64,000 nt of DNA from Terriglobia bacterium. GTDB taxonomy: Bacteria > Acidobacteriota > Terriglobia > UBA7540. The stretch is from contig JASHON010000083.1 of assembly GCA_030041095.1 (NCBI GenBank), positions 16,308 through 80,307 on the forward strand. The letters run 5' to 3'. The notes below the pieces were generated by a model, which was not told the DNA's origin, did not search any database, and was given only the letters and a program-made list of their open reading frames with translations. Shown here one piece after another: positions 37,672-46,703 of this stretch; position 1 is the first letter of the stretch, and every line of letters starts with the position of its first letter. The translations under genes and the position numbers were made by a program.

Positions 37672-39132
37672 ATGATTGACGGACCGATCCGCGAGGCGCT
37701 AACGTTCGACGACGTTCTGCTTGCGCCCGCGAAATCCTCGGTGCTTCCAACGAACGCGGATACGCGCACCGTTTTCACCCGTAACATCACGCTCAACATA
37801 CCGGTCATCAGTGCGGCGATGGATACCGTCACCGAATCTCGTCTGGCGATCGCGCTGGCGCAGCAGGGAGGGATTGGCATCATCCACCGGACGATGCCAA
37901 TCGATCGCCAAGCTTCCGAGATTGACAAAGTGAAGCGGTCGGAGAGTGGAATGATCGTGGATCCGGTCACGATCGGACCCAAGAACCGGATCGCAGACGC
38001 CCTCGAGATCATGACGAAGTACAAAATTTCAGGCGTGCCGGTTACTCTCGACGGCAGGCTGGTCGGCATCCTGACGAACCGGGATTTGCGATTTGAGTCG
38101 AGGTACGACCTGCCGGTCGAAGCGGTGATGACCAAGGAGAATTTGATCACCGTTCCCGTAGGCACGACGCTTGACGACGCGCAGAAGATCCTCCATCAGC
38201 ATCGGGTGGAAAAGCTTCTGGTGGTGGATCGCGATTTCCACTTGAAAGGCCTTATCACGGTCAAAGACATTCAGAAACGAATCAAGTATCCAAACGCCGC
38301 GAAAGACCGGCACGGGCGGTTACGCGTGGGAGCGGCCATTGGAGCGACGGGCGATTTTCTCGAGCGCGCAGGCGAGCTGGTCAAGGCCAATGCGGACGCG
38401 CTCGTCGTGGATACCGCGCACGGTCATTCCGCACGCGTGCTGGAGGCGGTGCGCGCCGTAAAGGCGCGCTATCCTGAAGTGAGCCTGGTGGCGGGGAACG
38501 TCGCTACTTTCGAAGGCGCGCGCGACCTGCTGGCGCTCGGAACCGACGCGCTGAAGGTTGGCATAGGCCCGGGATCGATTTGTACCACGCGTATCGTTAC
38601 GGGCGCAGGAGTGCCGCAAATCACCGCCATCATGGAATGCGCGCGGGCCGCCGCCGACGCCGGAGCACCCATCATTGCCGACGGCGGCGTCAAGTATTCG
38701 GGTGATATCACCAAGGCCGTAGCCGCCGGAGCAAGCTCCGTGATGATTGGAAGCTTATTCGCCGGAGTGGAGGAGAGTCCCGGCGAGACGATTCTTTACC
38801 AAGGGCGCAGCTTCAAGTCCTATCGAGGGATGGGATCGATCGGCGCGATGTCGGCGGGATCAGGCGATCGCTATGGGCAGGAGAACGAAGAGCGGTCGAA
38901 GCTGGTTGCCGAAGGGATTGAAGGGCGCGTGCCTTACAAAGGCTACCTGGCGGATTTAGTCGCTCAGTTGGTAGGCGGCCTTCGCGCGGGAATGGGGTAT
39001 TGCGGCTGCTCGTCCATTAAGGAACTGCAAGAGCGCGGTCAGTTCATCCGCATCACGCGAGCAGGACTACGCGAAAGCCACGTCCATGATGTGATCATCA
39101 CCAAAGAAGCGCCCAATTACCAGCTCGAGTAA
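37672..39132 (+). CDS. guaB: IMP dehydrogenase
   Basis: Catalytic loop [11 protein letters not shown], a CBS pair insert, and GGVKYSGD. Confidence 0.95.
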   Translation: MIDGPIREALTFDDVLLAPAKSSVLPTNADTRTVFTRNITLNIPVISAAMDTVTESRLAIALAQQGGIGIIHRTMPIDRQASEIDKVKRSESGMIVDPVTIGPKNRIADALEIMTKYKISGVPVTLDGRLVGILTNRDLRFESRYDLPVEAVMTKENLITVPVGTTLDDAQKILHQHRVEKLLVVDRDFHLKGLITVKDIQKRIKYPNAAKDRHGRLRVGAAIGATGDFLERAGELVKANADALVVDTAHGHSARVLEAVRAVKARYPEVSLVAGNVATFEGARDLLALGTDALKVGIGPGSICTTRIVTGAGVPQITAIMECARAAADAGAPIIADGGVKYSGDITKAVAAGASSVMIGSLFAGVEESPGETILYQGRSFKSYRGMGSIGAMSAGSGDRYGQENEERSKLVAEGIEGRVPYKGYLADLVAQLVGGLRAGMGYCGCSSIKELQERGQFIRITRAGLRESHVHDVIITKEAPNYQLE

Positions 39133-39146
39133 CCACCGGGTTCGAG

Positions 39147-40937
39147 TCACGCCCTCACCTTCTCCGCTTTGATAATTCCTGAGCCTTCTTTGATGGTGAC
39201 AATCTGGTTCGCTTCGATGTTTGTGAAGCGTTCGATTTTCCACGTGGTGGGCCATTTCACTTCAATCAGGTCCGCGTGCGTGGCGTGCCCCACGCCGAAA
39301 TGCAGGCGCAGGTCGCTTTGCGACATCACGCTGCCGCCGCTGTGAACCTCTTCCATTTGGCGGTGCTTTCCAGTCGTAACGTAAGCGCGGGCGCCGATTG
39401 CCGTTCGGTTACACTGCGCGCCAAGGAGCTTCAGCTTGATCCAATTCTGGCGGTTTCCTCCCACGTTTTTCAGTAGTGAAGGACGGGCGTTCATGTTGAG
39501 CACCAGCGCGTCCATGCATCCGTTGTTCAGATAATCTCCGAATGCCGCGCCACGGCTGGAATACCGCTCGGTCACTCCCGGCCCCATCTCTTTAGAAACA
39601 TCTTTGAACCTGCCGTTGCCTACATTGTGGTAAACGACGCGCGGCTCCTTAAATGTTTGGTCGAGATGCGCGGCATCCACCTCGGGGTAAACGTGCCCAT
39701 TCACCTCAAGAATGTCCGCCCAGCCATCGTTATCGTAATCGATGAAACCGCATCCCCATTTGACGTACAGCGTGTTGAGGCCCACTCCCGAGACGAACGT
39801 CACATCCGTGAAAGTGCCGTCGCCGTTGTTGTGATACAGGTCTGAAGTGTCGTCGGAAAAGTTGGTCTTAAAAATGTCGAACCAGCCGTCGCAGTCGTAG
39901 TCCGCCACCGCCACGCCCATTCCGGCCTGTTCCTGGCCGTCTTCGTTGTAAGCGACGCCGGCCATCACGCCGATATCCGAAAACGTTCCGTCGTGGTTGT
40001 TGTGAAACAGGATGCTCGCTTCTGAGTCGACCGCCACGTAAATATCCGGCCAGCCATCGTTGTCAAAATCGTAGGAGACCGGCGTGATCGAATAACGCGG
40101 TCCTGGCTTGAGGATGCCGGCTTTTTCGGAAACATCGGTAAAAGTTCCGTCCCCGTTGTTGTGAAAGAGGATATTCATGCCTCCCGGCAGACCGCGTGGG
40201 CCGCACATCACCGGGATGCCTTTCCATTGGCAGTAAGCTGTCTGACCGGGTTTCGGAACCTTGGCGATGTCCAGAACGATGTAGTTGGCGACGAAGAGGT
40301 CCAGATGGCTGTCCCGATCGTAATCCAGAAAACAACAACCGGAGCCCCAACGCACTTCATCCTGATAGAGCCCCGCTTTGCGGGTTACGTCTGTGAATGT
40401 GCCATTTCCGTTGTTGTGGAAGAGGATGTTGTGGCCCCAAAACGTCAGGAACAGGTCGTCCCAGCCGTCGTTATCATAGTCTCCAACGCATACTCCTGTC
40501 TGCCATCCTTCGCACGCCAAGCCGGCTTTTTCAGTAACGTCGGTGAAGGTCCCGTCGCGATTGTTCTTCAGAAGATACGTATGCGGAGTCTCACCAGGAG
40601 GCCAATGAGCGTCGAGCCGGGTGCCATTACTCAGATAAATATCCAGCCAACCGTCCTGGTCGTAATCAAAGAAGGCGTACCCGCTTCCCTTGGCTTCAAT
40701 GATGTAATCCTTGTGCGTCACGCCGCCCCAAACGTTCACTTGCGTCACGCCAGCTTGCTCGGCCACGTCCAGATAGATTACGGGCGATTCAGGCGCCGTT
40801 CCGCCGGCCGGAGCTTGGGACGCAGCCAAACGCACTGGTGATGCCCACTTGTTTAGGGGGGTTGTCAGGTGTTCGAGAAGCCGGTTTCCAAGAAGGACGC
40901 AAGGAGAGAGTAAAAAGCCGCGACGAGTAAGTTTCAT
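39147..40937 (-). CDS. CRTAC1-like FG-GAP/VCBS repeat protein with ASPIC/UnbV C-terminal domain
   Basis: Repeated DYDNDGWxD calcium-binding FG-GAP motifs and NNGDGTFTDVT repeats, with a signal-like N-terminus. Confidence 0.85.
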   Translation of the reverse strand: MKLTRRGFLLSPCVLLGNRLLEHLTTPLNKWASPVRLAASQAPAGGTAPESPVIYLDVAEQAGVTQVNVWGGVTHKDYIIEAKGSGYAFFDYDQDGWLDIYLSNGTRLDAHWPPGETPHTYLLKNNRDGTFTDVTEKAGLACEGWQTGVCVGDYDNDGWDDLFLTFWGHNILFHNNGNGTFTDVTRKAGLYQDEVRWGSGCCFLDYDRDSHLDLFVANYIVLDIAKVPKPGQTAYCQWKGIPVMCGPRGLPGGMNILFHNNGDGTFTDVSEKAGILKPGPRYSITPVSYDFDNDGWPDIYVAVDSEASILFHNNHDGTFSDIGVMAGVAYNEDGQEQAGMGVAVADYDCDGWFDIFKTNFSDDTSDLYHNNGDGTFTDVTFVSGVGLNTLYVKWGCGFIDYDNDGWADILEVNGHVYPEVDAAHLDQTFKEPRVVYHNVGNGRFKDVSKEMGPGVTERYSSRGAAFGDYLNNGCMDALVLNMNARPSLLKNVGGNRQNWIKLKLLGAQCNRTAIGARAYVTTGKHRQMEEVHSGGSVMSQSDLRLHFGVGHATHADLIEVKWPTTWKIERFTNIEANQIVTIKEGSGIIKAEKVRA

Positions 40938-41091
40938 TCCACCTATGACTTGACGCTAGAAATGGTTTCCTGCCCTAAGCGCCGGACCGACTATTATAAT
41001 ACAGCTCGTCCAGCGCGGAGCGGCGCCTCGCGGCGTTTACTTAGATCCTGGATACGCGTCATTTCAATGGGGTAAATCCGGCTGGAATGGT

Positions 41092-41220
41092 TTGGAGTGG
41101 AAAAATTATATCATCTTCGCGCTTCACGTGGGCGCGTACACGCACGAAGGTACGTTTGACGCTGTCATTGAGCAACGGGACTCCTTGAAAGCGCTGGGAG
41201 TAAGCGCCATCTTCCAACCT
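41092..41220 (+). pseudogene. remnant of a GH13 (TreZ-like) glycosidase gene
   Basis: IIFALHVGAYTHEGTFDAVIEQRDSLKALGVSAI resembles the YELHVGTFTPEGTF...LGVTAIELMP block of GH13 enzymes. Only about 40 codons remain. Confidence 0.35.
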
Positions 41221-41268
41221 GTAAAAAGACCTCTTCGTCGCACTCGGGCGGACTGGTATGATGAGTTC

Positions 41269-41466
41269 ATGAGCAGAGATACCGAAGCACTGCTGGACGT
41301 CTTCGAGCATCTCCCGGTGGAAGAGAGGCGTGCCTTCACGCAAGAGGTACTGCGTCGCTCCCTCCCTTTCGATTCCGGACCGTTGGGAGACGAGGAAATC
41401 GCCGCCGCCTCCGCCGCCCTGTTCGGGTCCCTTGAGGAAGAGGATGGCCACTCCGCGCCGCGGTGA
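41269..41466 (+). CDS. putative small antitoxin (acidic C-terminus)
   Basis: 65 codons from ATG 41269. It overlaps a following MazF-like 5' fragment in the typical toxin-antitoxin arrangement. Confidence 0.3.
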   Translation: MSRDTEALLDVFEHLPVEERRAFTQEVLRRSLPFDSGPLGDEEIAAASAALFGSLEEEDGHSAPR

Positions 41467-41572
41467 GGTCTGGCTCATCGATTTCGGGGAACGGGCTTGT
41501 TCAGAGTCACCTCCTGCCTCTCGCAGCCGATTTAGCCGCGCCCAGCGTGACTCGCAACCTGCGCAACCGTGA
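41444..41572 (+). pseudogene. truncated MazF/PemK-like toxin gene
   Basis: MATPRRGEVWLIDFG is the canonical MazF/PemK N-terminus. The similarity is lost afterwards and the ORF stops after 42 codons. Confidence 0.4.
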
Positions 41573-41865
41573 ACCTGTCCCGCTTCTCCAAAGGTCGTAC
41601 GATGGTAGTTATGAAGACGAAAGTGAAAACTTCGCTTACCCTATCGCGGGAAGTTGTCAGCGGCATCGACCGCGTGGCGGGGAAAAAGCGCTCCCGATCG
41701 GCCGTCATTGACGATGTGCTGCGCGGGTATCTCCGCTACCGCGAACGCGCCTCCGCCAACGCCTGCGATGTGCGCAAAATCAACCGCTTTGCGGGCGATC
41801 TGAACGCCGAGATGCAGGATGTGCTTGCGTATCAGTCGCTGGACCATCTTTGGGAAGAGAGATGA
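41569..41865 (+). CDS. ribbon-helix-helix (CopG-like) antitoxin
   Basis: KVKTSLTLSREVVSGIDRVAGKKRSRSAVIDDVLRGYL RHH pattern. It overlaps the downstream mazF start. Confidence 0.7.
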   Translation: MNLSRFSKGRTMVVMKTKVKTSLTLSREVVSGIDRVAGKKRSRSAVIDDVLRGYLRYRERASANACDVRKINRFAGDLNAEMQDVLAYQSLDHLWEER

Positions 41866-42185
41866 AGCGTGGAGATATGTACCTGCTGCACCGTCCTGGG
41901 GGCGGAGACCCTAAGAATCAGCGGGTGATGACTGTCGTCAGCCGCCAGGCCGTGATTGACTCCCGTTTCCCTACCGTCGTCTGCGCTCCGGTGTTCACGC
42001 GTGGTCACGGGCTCGAAACGGAGGTTTATGTAGGGCCGGAAGACGGATTGAAACATCCCAGTTGGATTGGCTGCGACGGCCTGGTGAGCATTCCCAAGGC
42101 CCGGCTTACGGATTTTGTCGGCGCGCTCTCGCCCGAGAAGCTTTCGCGCCTGTCGCAGGCGCTGAGACTTGCTCTGGACATGTAA
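41850..42185 (+). CDS. mazF: MazF/PemK family toxin
   Basis: MKRGDMYLL...VMTVVSRQAVID...VVCAPVFT architecture of MazF-type endoribonucleases, 111 aa. Confidence 0.8.
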   Translation: MGREMKRGDMYLLHRPGGGDPKNQRVMTVVSRQAVIDSRFPTVVCAPVFTRGHGLETEVYVGPEDGLKHPSWIGCDGLVSIPKARLTDFVGALSPEKLSRLSQALRLALDM

Positions 42186-42231
42186 ACTATAGCGGGCCGC
42201 ATACGCCTAACCCAGACTACGGTGTTTGCGG

Positions 42232-42423
42232 TCAGAAGTTCTCCCTGCGGGCGTGCGCCGGGACGACCCAATGAGGCTCGGTCAAGCTGACCCGCCGTGC
42301 GGGCAGTGGCGCGGTGATGAAGAAATCCCGGCCGGAGAGAAATGGACGCCGCAGCTTCGACACGACGGCAGGGCATCCGACGATGGCACCGGCCGCCAGC
42401 GAAAAAATGCGGACCGCAAACAT
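42232..42423 (-). pseudogene. second RAYT-like 5' fragment
   Basis: SKLRRPFLSGRDFFITAPL parallels the fragment at 24843-24915 (RLRRPFLCDRYFFVTARL). The ORF stops about 25 codons later. Confidence 0.3.
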
Positions 42424-42491
42424 GGCGTTCCGCTCTACTCGCCGGCCGCGAAAGCGTTGCCCGAAGCTTCTGTTTGCCGTACCCTGGAACC

Positions 42492-42763
42492 ATGCACTTA
42501 GACCTCACCCCGGACCAGAGGGCCTTCGCCCGCCGCGCCATTGAAAGTGGGCGGCTGCACTCGGAAGAGGATGCTGTACGGGAAGCGCTGGCTTTGTGGG
42601 AAGAACGCGAGCGGCAACGCGCGGGCTTTCTTCTCGCGCTTGACGACGCCCGCGCTTCGATCGCACGCGGGCCATCACGTAGAAGTCCATGCAGCAGCTT
42701 GCCAGCGAAGTCAAGGAACGCGGACGCGCCCGCCTTGTTGCCGAGCTCACCAGAACCTCCTGA
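42492..42763 (+). pseudogene. parD: ParD-type antitoxin gene with frameshift and in-frame stop
   Basis: The N-terminal MHLDLTPDQRAFARRAIESGRLHSEEDAVREALALWEERE is ParD-like. The expected C-terminus SMQQLASEVKERGRARLVAELTRTS lies in another frame and is preceded by TAG. Confidence 0.5.
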
Positions 42764-43044
42764 TGGCCCACCGTCTCGCCCCGCGCGCCGAGGCCGATCT
42801 TGACGAGATCCGGCTCTACGTTGCCAAGGAAAGCACCAGCATCGAGGTTGCCAACCGGCTCATCGACACCATTACAGATCGTTTCTTCACGCTTGCCGGC
42901 TTCCCCTATACGGGACGCTCCCGCGAGGATGACTTCGGCCCCGGGGTATCGAAGTTTTGTCATGCTGAGCAGATCGAAGCATCTCGGCATTTGAAAGATC
43001 AAGCGAATGCAGTGATCCTTCGTCGTCCTGGCTCCTTAGGATGA
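42762..43044 (+). pseudogene. parE: ParE/RelE-type toxin gene truncated by a repeat insertion
   Basis: MAHRLAPRAEADLDEIRLYVAKES...FPYTGRSREDDFGPG is ParE-like. From 42959 the reading frame runs into REP-like element D. Confidence 0.55.
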
Positions 43045-43045
43045 C
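42959..43045. repeat. REP-like element family D, copy 2
   Basis: GTCATGCTGAGC...AAGCATCTC...GATCCTTCGTCGTCCTGGCTCCTTAGGATGAC. It is related to the copy at 49131-49208 and has inverted termini. Confidence 0.6.
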
Positions 43046-43184
43046 AGCACCGCTCGTTTTCAACAAGCCCCAGGCATGCTTTTGGCAACTTGAAGCTCAG
43101 AACAAAATTATCCTGCTGCCAGGGCGCAGGATGATTGACTAAGCATGGAGGAGAGTGCACAATTCCAGATTAGAGTAAAAGCCG

Positions 43185-43634
43185 ATGAAATCAGATTCGA
43201 GCACGTCAAACACAAAGCAATGGAAGTTCGCCATCGGAATTGCCGTGATTGTAGGCGTGGCCATTTGGGGCGCGGTCTCCGGATTTCAGGCGAGTAAGAC
43301 GTATTACGTTACCGTGAGTGAGCTGCTCAGCGGAAAGAACATGCACCAACACATCCGCGTGGGCGGGGTCGTGCAAGCGGGATCGATTGTACGGCAAGGC
43401 ACCATGCTCCGATTCCGGCTGGCGCAGGATAAGGCGTCGATTCCGGTGGTTTACGTCGGGTCGGAAACCGTGCCGGACACATTCAAAGATGGGGCGCAGG
43501 CGATTGTCGACGGGACTTATACTTCCGACGGGGTATTTCGCGCACAAACCGTGCAGGCCAAGTGCGCGTCCAAGTACGCTGCCCCGCCGCCGGGCCCCGG
43601 TCGGCAAAATACAGCACAGGTTGAGAGGCCATGA
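43185..43634 (+). CDS. ccmE: heme chaperone CcmE, CxxxY variant
   Basis: N-terminal TM anchor, OB-fold region IRVGGVV...VPDTFKDGAQAIVDG, and the heme-binding position reading QAKCASKY instead of HxxxY. Confidence 0.9.
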   Translation: MKSDSSTSNTKQWKFAIGIAVIVGVAIWGAVSGFQASKTYYVTVSELLSGKNMHQHIRVGGVVQAGSIVRQGTMLRFRLAQDKASIPVVYVGSETVPDTFKDGAQAIVDGTYTSDGVFRAQTVQAKCASKYAAPPPGPGRQNTAQVERP

Positions 43635-45649
43635 ATCAAGTTGGCAGTGTGGGACTGATTGCCGGGTTGGCGTTCGCGCTTTACGCGGTTGTAGCAGGAA
43701 TCGTTGGAGGAAAGCTACGCAGCCTGAAGATTACGCGGAGCGCGGAGCGCGCCACGCTTGCCTTCTGCGCGATGATCACCCTGTCGGTGATTTCTCTCGA
43801 ATTCCTCATTTACACCAATAATTTCAATAACGCTTTCGTCGCCGTTCATTCGAATCGAGACCTTTCGCTGCCTTACAAATTCGCGGTGCTTTGGAGCGGA
43901 CAGGAAGGCTCGCTGCTCTTCTGGACCTGGCTCCTTTCCATCTATTGTTCGCTTGCCGTCCTGTTGAACCGGCGCAAGAACCGGCAGCTTATGCCTTATG
44001 TCATCGCCTTTGCAGCCGGGGTAGGCGTCTTTTTCACCTCGCTCACCTTTTTCGTCGCCAATCCTTTCCGCGAGCTTTCGCTCTCTTCCGCCGGCGCCCT
44101 GATTCCTTTCGCGCCTCCGGATGGCAACGGGCTCGAGCCGGCGCTGCAATACCGCTACATGCTGATTCACCCGGTCATGCTCTATCTCGGATATGTGGGC
44201 ATGGCCATCCCGTTTGCCTTCGGCATGGCATCGCTCGTGACAAAGCAGCTTGGCGATAACTGGATCCGCGTGACGCGGCGCTGGACGATGGTTCCGTGGA
44301 TGTTTTTAGGAGCAGGAATCATCCTGGGCGGCCACTGGGCTTATAACGTGCTCGGTTGGGGCGGTTACTGGGGCTGGGACCCGGTAGAGAATGCGTCGCT
44401 CATGCCGTGGCTTGCTGGCACGGCATTTCTCCATTCCGTCATGGTGCAGGAAAAGCGTGGAATGCTGAAGGTGTGGAACGTCAGCCTCGTGATTCTGACG
44501 TTCTTTCTGAGTATCTTCGGGACGTTCCTGACGCGCAGTGGCATCGTGCAATCCGTGCACGCGTTTGCCGAATCGGATATCGGTCCGTATTTCATGGTCT
44601 TCCTCGCCATCATCGCCGTGGTTTCTATTACGCTCGTTTTCCTCCGGCTCGATTTCCTGAAATCCGAGAACAAGCTGGATTCGGTGATTTCGCGCGAGAG
44701 CGGCTTCATGTTTAACAATTGGATCCTGCTGGCGTTGGTGTTCGCGATACTTTGGGGAACCGTGTTCCCGATCATTTCGAAGGCCGTTGAGGGCCAGGTG
44801 GTGACCGTGGGACCGCCTTTCTTTGACAAGGTTGCCGTTCCCATGGGATTAATGCTGCTTTTGCTCACCGGGGCCGGGCCTTTGCTCGCCTGGCGCAAGA
44901 CGTCGTTTGAGAGCTTAAAGCGCAACTTCACGGTGCCGGTTGCGATTGCGGTGGTGGTGGGCGTGATTCTTTTTGTCTTCGGCGTGCGTGACCTGTATGC
45001 CTGGATGAGCCTGTTTCTGGGCTCGTTCGTGGCGGCGTGCGTGCTCGGCGAGTTTTATAAGGGCGCGCGAACGCGGCAGAAAATTACGGGTGAGACCTTT
45101 GGCGGCGCTCTCTACAATCTCGTGGCGCGCAATACACGGCGCTATGGCGGCTACATCGTGCACCTTGGCATTGTGGTGATTTTTGTGGGATTGGCCGGAC
45201 TGGCGTTCAAGGTGCATGCCAAGAACGTGATGGCGCCGGGCGACATGATGCGCGTGGGGCATTACCTGCTTCGCTGCGACCGGCTCACTTCAGGAGATAC
45301 GCCGAATTATACCTATGAAACGGCGGACATCAGCGTTCTGAAGAACGGCATGGCGTTCACGGAGCTCAAGCCGCAGCGCCGGTTTTATAAAGCGAGCCAG
45401 CAGCCCATCAGCCACGTCGTCATCCGCAGTTCGCTGGCTGAAGACCTTTACGTGGTGCTGGCGGGCCGCGATCCCGGCACCGGAAAAGCGGTGGTTGAAG
45501 TGTTTTTGAATCCTCTGGTCGCCTGGGTGTGGATTGGCGGCGTGATCATGGTGCTGGGAACGCTCATTGCACTCGTTCCGAGCAGAGTCGAGCGAGAGAT
45601 GGCGCAGATCCGCCAGGCGCAGTTGGAAGCTTTGGAGGAAAGGGCATGA
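43631..45649 (+). CDS. ccmF: cytochrome c heme lyase subunit CcmF
   Basis: Polytopic 672-aa protein with the Trp-rich motif WGGYWGWDPVEN. The start overlaps the ccmE stop. Confidence 0.95.
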   Translation: MNQVGSVGLIAGLAFALYAVVAGIVGGKLRSLKITRSAERATLAFCAMITLSVISLEFLIYTNNFNNAFVAVHSNRDLSLPYKFAVLWSGQEGSLLFWTWLLSIYCSLAVLLNRRKNRQLMPYVIAFAAGVGVFFTSLTFFVANPFRELSLSSAGALIPFAPPDGNGLEPALQYRYMLIHPVMLYLGYVGMAIPFAFGMASLVTKQLGDNWIRVTRRWTMVPWMFLGAGIILGGHWAYNVLGWGGYWGWDPVENASLMPWLAGTAFLHSVMVQEKRGMLKVWNVSLVILTFFLSIFGTFLTRSGIVQSVHAFAESDIGPYFMVFLAIIAVVSITLVFLRLDFLKSENKLDSVISRESGFMFNNWILLALVFAILWGTVFPIISKAVEGQVVTVGPPFFDKVAVPMGLMLLLLTGAGPLLAWRKTSFESLKRNFTVPVAIAVVVGVILFVFGVRDLYAWMSLFLGSFVAACVLGEFYKGARTRQKITGETFGGALYNLVARNTRRYGGYIVHLGIVVIFVGLAGLAFKVHAKNVMAPGDMMRVGHYLLRCDRLTSGDTPNYTYETADISVLKNGMAFTELKPQRRFYKASQQPISHVVIRSSLAEDLYVVLAGRDPGTGKAVVEVFLNPLVAWVWIGGVIMVLGTLIALVPSRVEREMAQIRQAQLEALEERA

Positions 45650-46134
45650 AGAAAGGTGCCGCGATTGCCGCTTTCCTGTTTCTCCTTGGCGCAACGCAGC
45701 CAGCCATTGCCCGAACGTCGCCGAAGCCTAGTCTCGACAGCGTCGGCAGCAAAGTCTATTGTCTCTGCGGCGGCTGCGATACCACGCTGAATGATTGCCC
45801 GCATCTTCCGTCGCAATGCGGAAACCGGGCAGAAGAGACAGCGCTCATTTTGAAGGATGTTCGCGAAGGAAAGAGCCAGGCCGCCATCCTTCAGGATATG
45901 GCTCGGAGTTACGGAATTCGCGTCCTGGCGGCGCCGCCTGCCCAGGGATTCAATCTTGCCGCGTGGGTTTTGCCTGGCTTCGCTTTGCTGGTGGGCCTGG
46001 TGATTGTGATTTTGCTCGTTCGCCGATTCCGCCGAAGGCCTCCGGGCGGCGACCAAGGGACGGATGCCATCGATGCCAGGGTCATGGCCGCGGTGGAGGA
46101 AGAGATGAGCCGGGTTGCGCCGCTGAAAGATTGA
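45646..46134 (+). CDS. CcmH/NrfF-like thiol-redox protein with non-canonical motif
   Basis: Signal peptide, VYCLCGGC where LRCxxC is expected, then GKSQAAILQDMARSYGIRVLAAPP and a C-terminal TM. ATG 45646 overlaps the ccmF stop. Confidence 0.7.
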   Translation: MKKGAAIAAFLFLLGATQPAIARTSPKPSLDSVGSKVYCLCGGCDTTLNDCPHLPSQCGNRAEETALILKDVREGKSQAAILQDMARSYGIRVLAAPPAQGFNLAAWVLPGFALLVGLVIVILLVRRFRRRPPGGDQGTDAIDARVMAAVEEEMSRVAPLKD

Positions 46135-46160
46135 AGCCGGTTCTCGCGGGTTAAAGATTT

Positions 46161-46604
46161 ATGCTTGCGGTGATATTCTTCGTTGTCCTTGGATTAGCGA
46201 TCTTCGTGATGTATCCGCTTCTTGCCGCCGGGCGCGAGGAAGCCGGTACTCTTCCCGTTGACGTGACGCCGGCAGAGGACCTGAAGCGGCGGCGGATGGT
46301 AGTTTACGAGAACTTGAAAGACCTGGAGTTTGAATATCAGGCGCGAAAGATTGGGACCAAGGACTACGAATCGCTTCGCGAAAGCTATAAGCTGGAAGCG
46401 GCGAAGCTGATGGTTGCCTCCCAGGACGTTCAACGAGGCGCGGTGGAAGACCGGCTTATTGAGCGCGAAGTTGCGGCCCGGCGAGCCCGCGTGCGAAACA
46501 GTCCTCCGCCTTCCTACGTTTGCAGCAAGTGCGGTTTTGAGAATCCAGTGCCCGTCAAGTTCTGCGGTGATTGTGGCTCTCCCATGACCAAGACCGGGGC
46601 TTAG
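46161..46604 (+). CDS. membrane-anchored protein with CcmI-N-like helix and C-terminal zinc ribbon
   Basis: N-terminal TM, LKDLEFEYQARKIGTKDYESLRESYKLEAAKL, and C-terminal CSKCGFEN...CGDCGSP. Confidence 0.6.
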   Translation: MLAVIFFVVLGLAIFVMYPLLAAGREEAGTLPVDVTPAEDLKRRRMVVYENLKDLEFEYQARKIGTKDYESLRESYKLEAAKLMVASQDVQRGAVEDRLIEREVAARRARVRNSPPPSYVCSKCGFENPVPVKFCGDCGSPMTKTGA

Positions 46605-46703
46605 CGGCTGGCGTCCTGTACGACGCAGGCCCTGGAAGGGCGTGCCACGGTCACGGAGGCCGTCCGGCCGTTTCGGGCGCAGAGACCGGCGGCACGGCAA
46701 ATT

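Noticed and set aside
42026-42541. 171-codon minus-strand ORF spanning the mazF end and the parD start.
   Set aside because: It has Arg/Ala/Pro-rich composition and no motifs. It overlaps better-supported plus-strand genes, and only its small RAYT-like neighbour frame (42232-42423) has any recognisable similarity.
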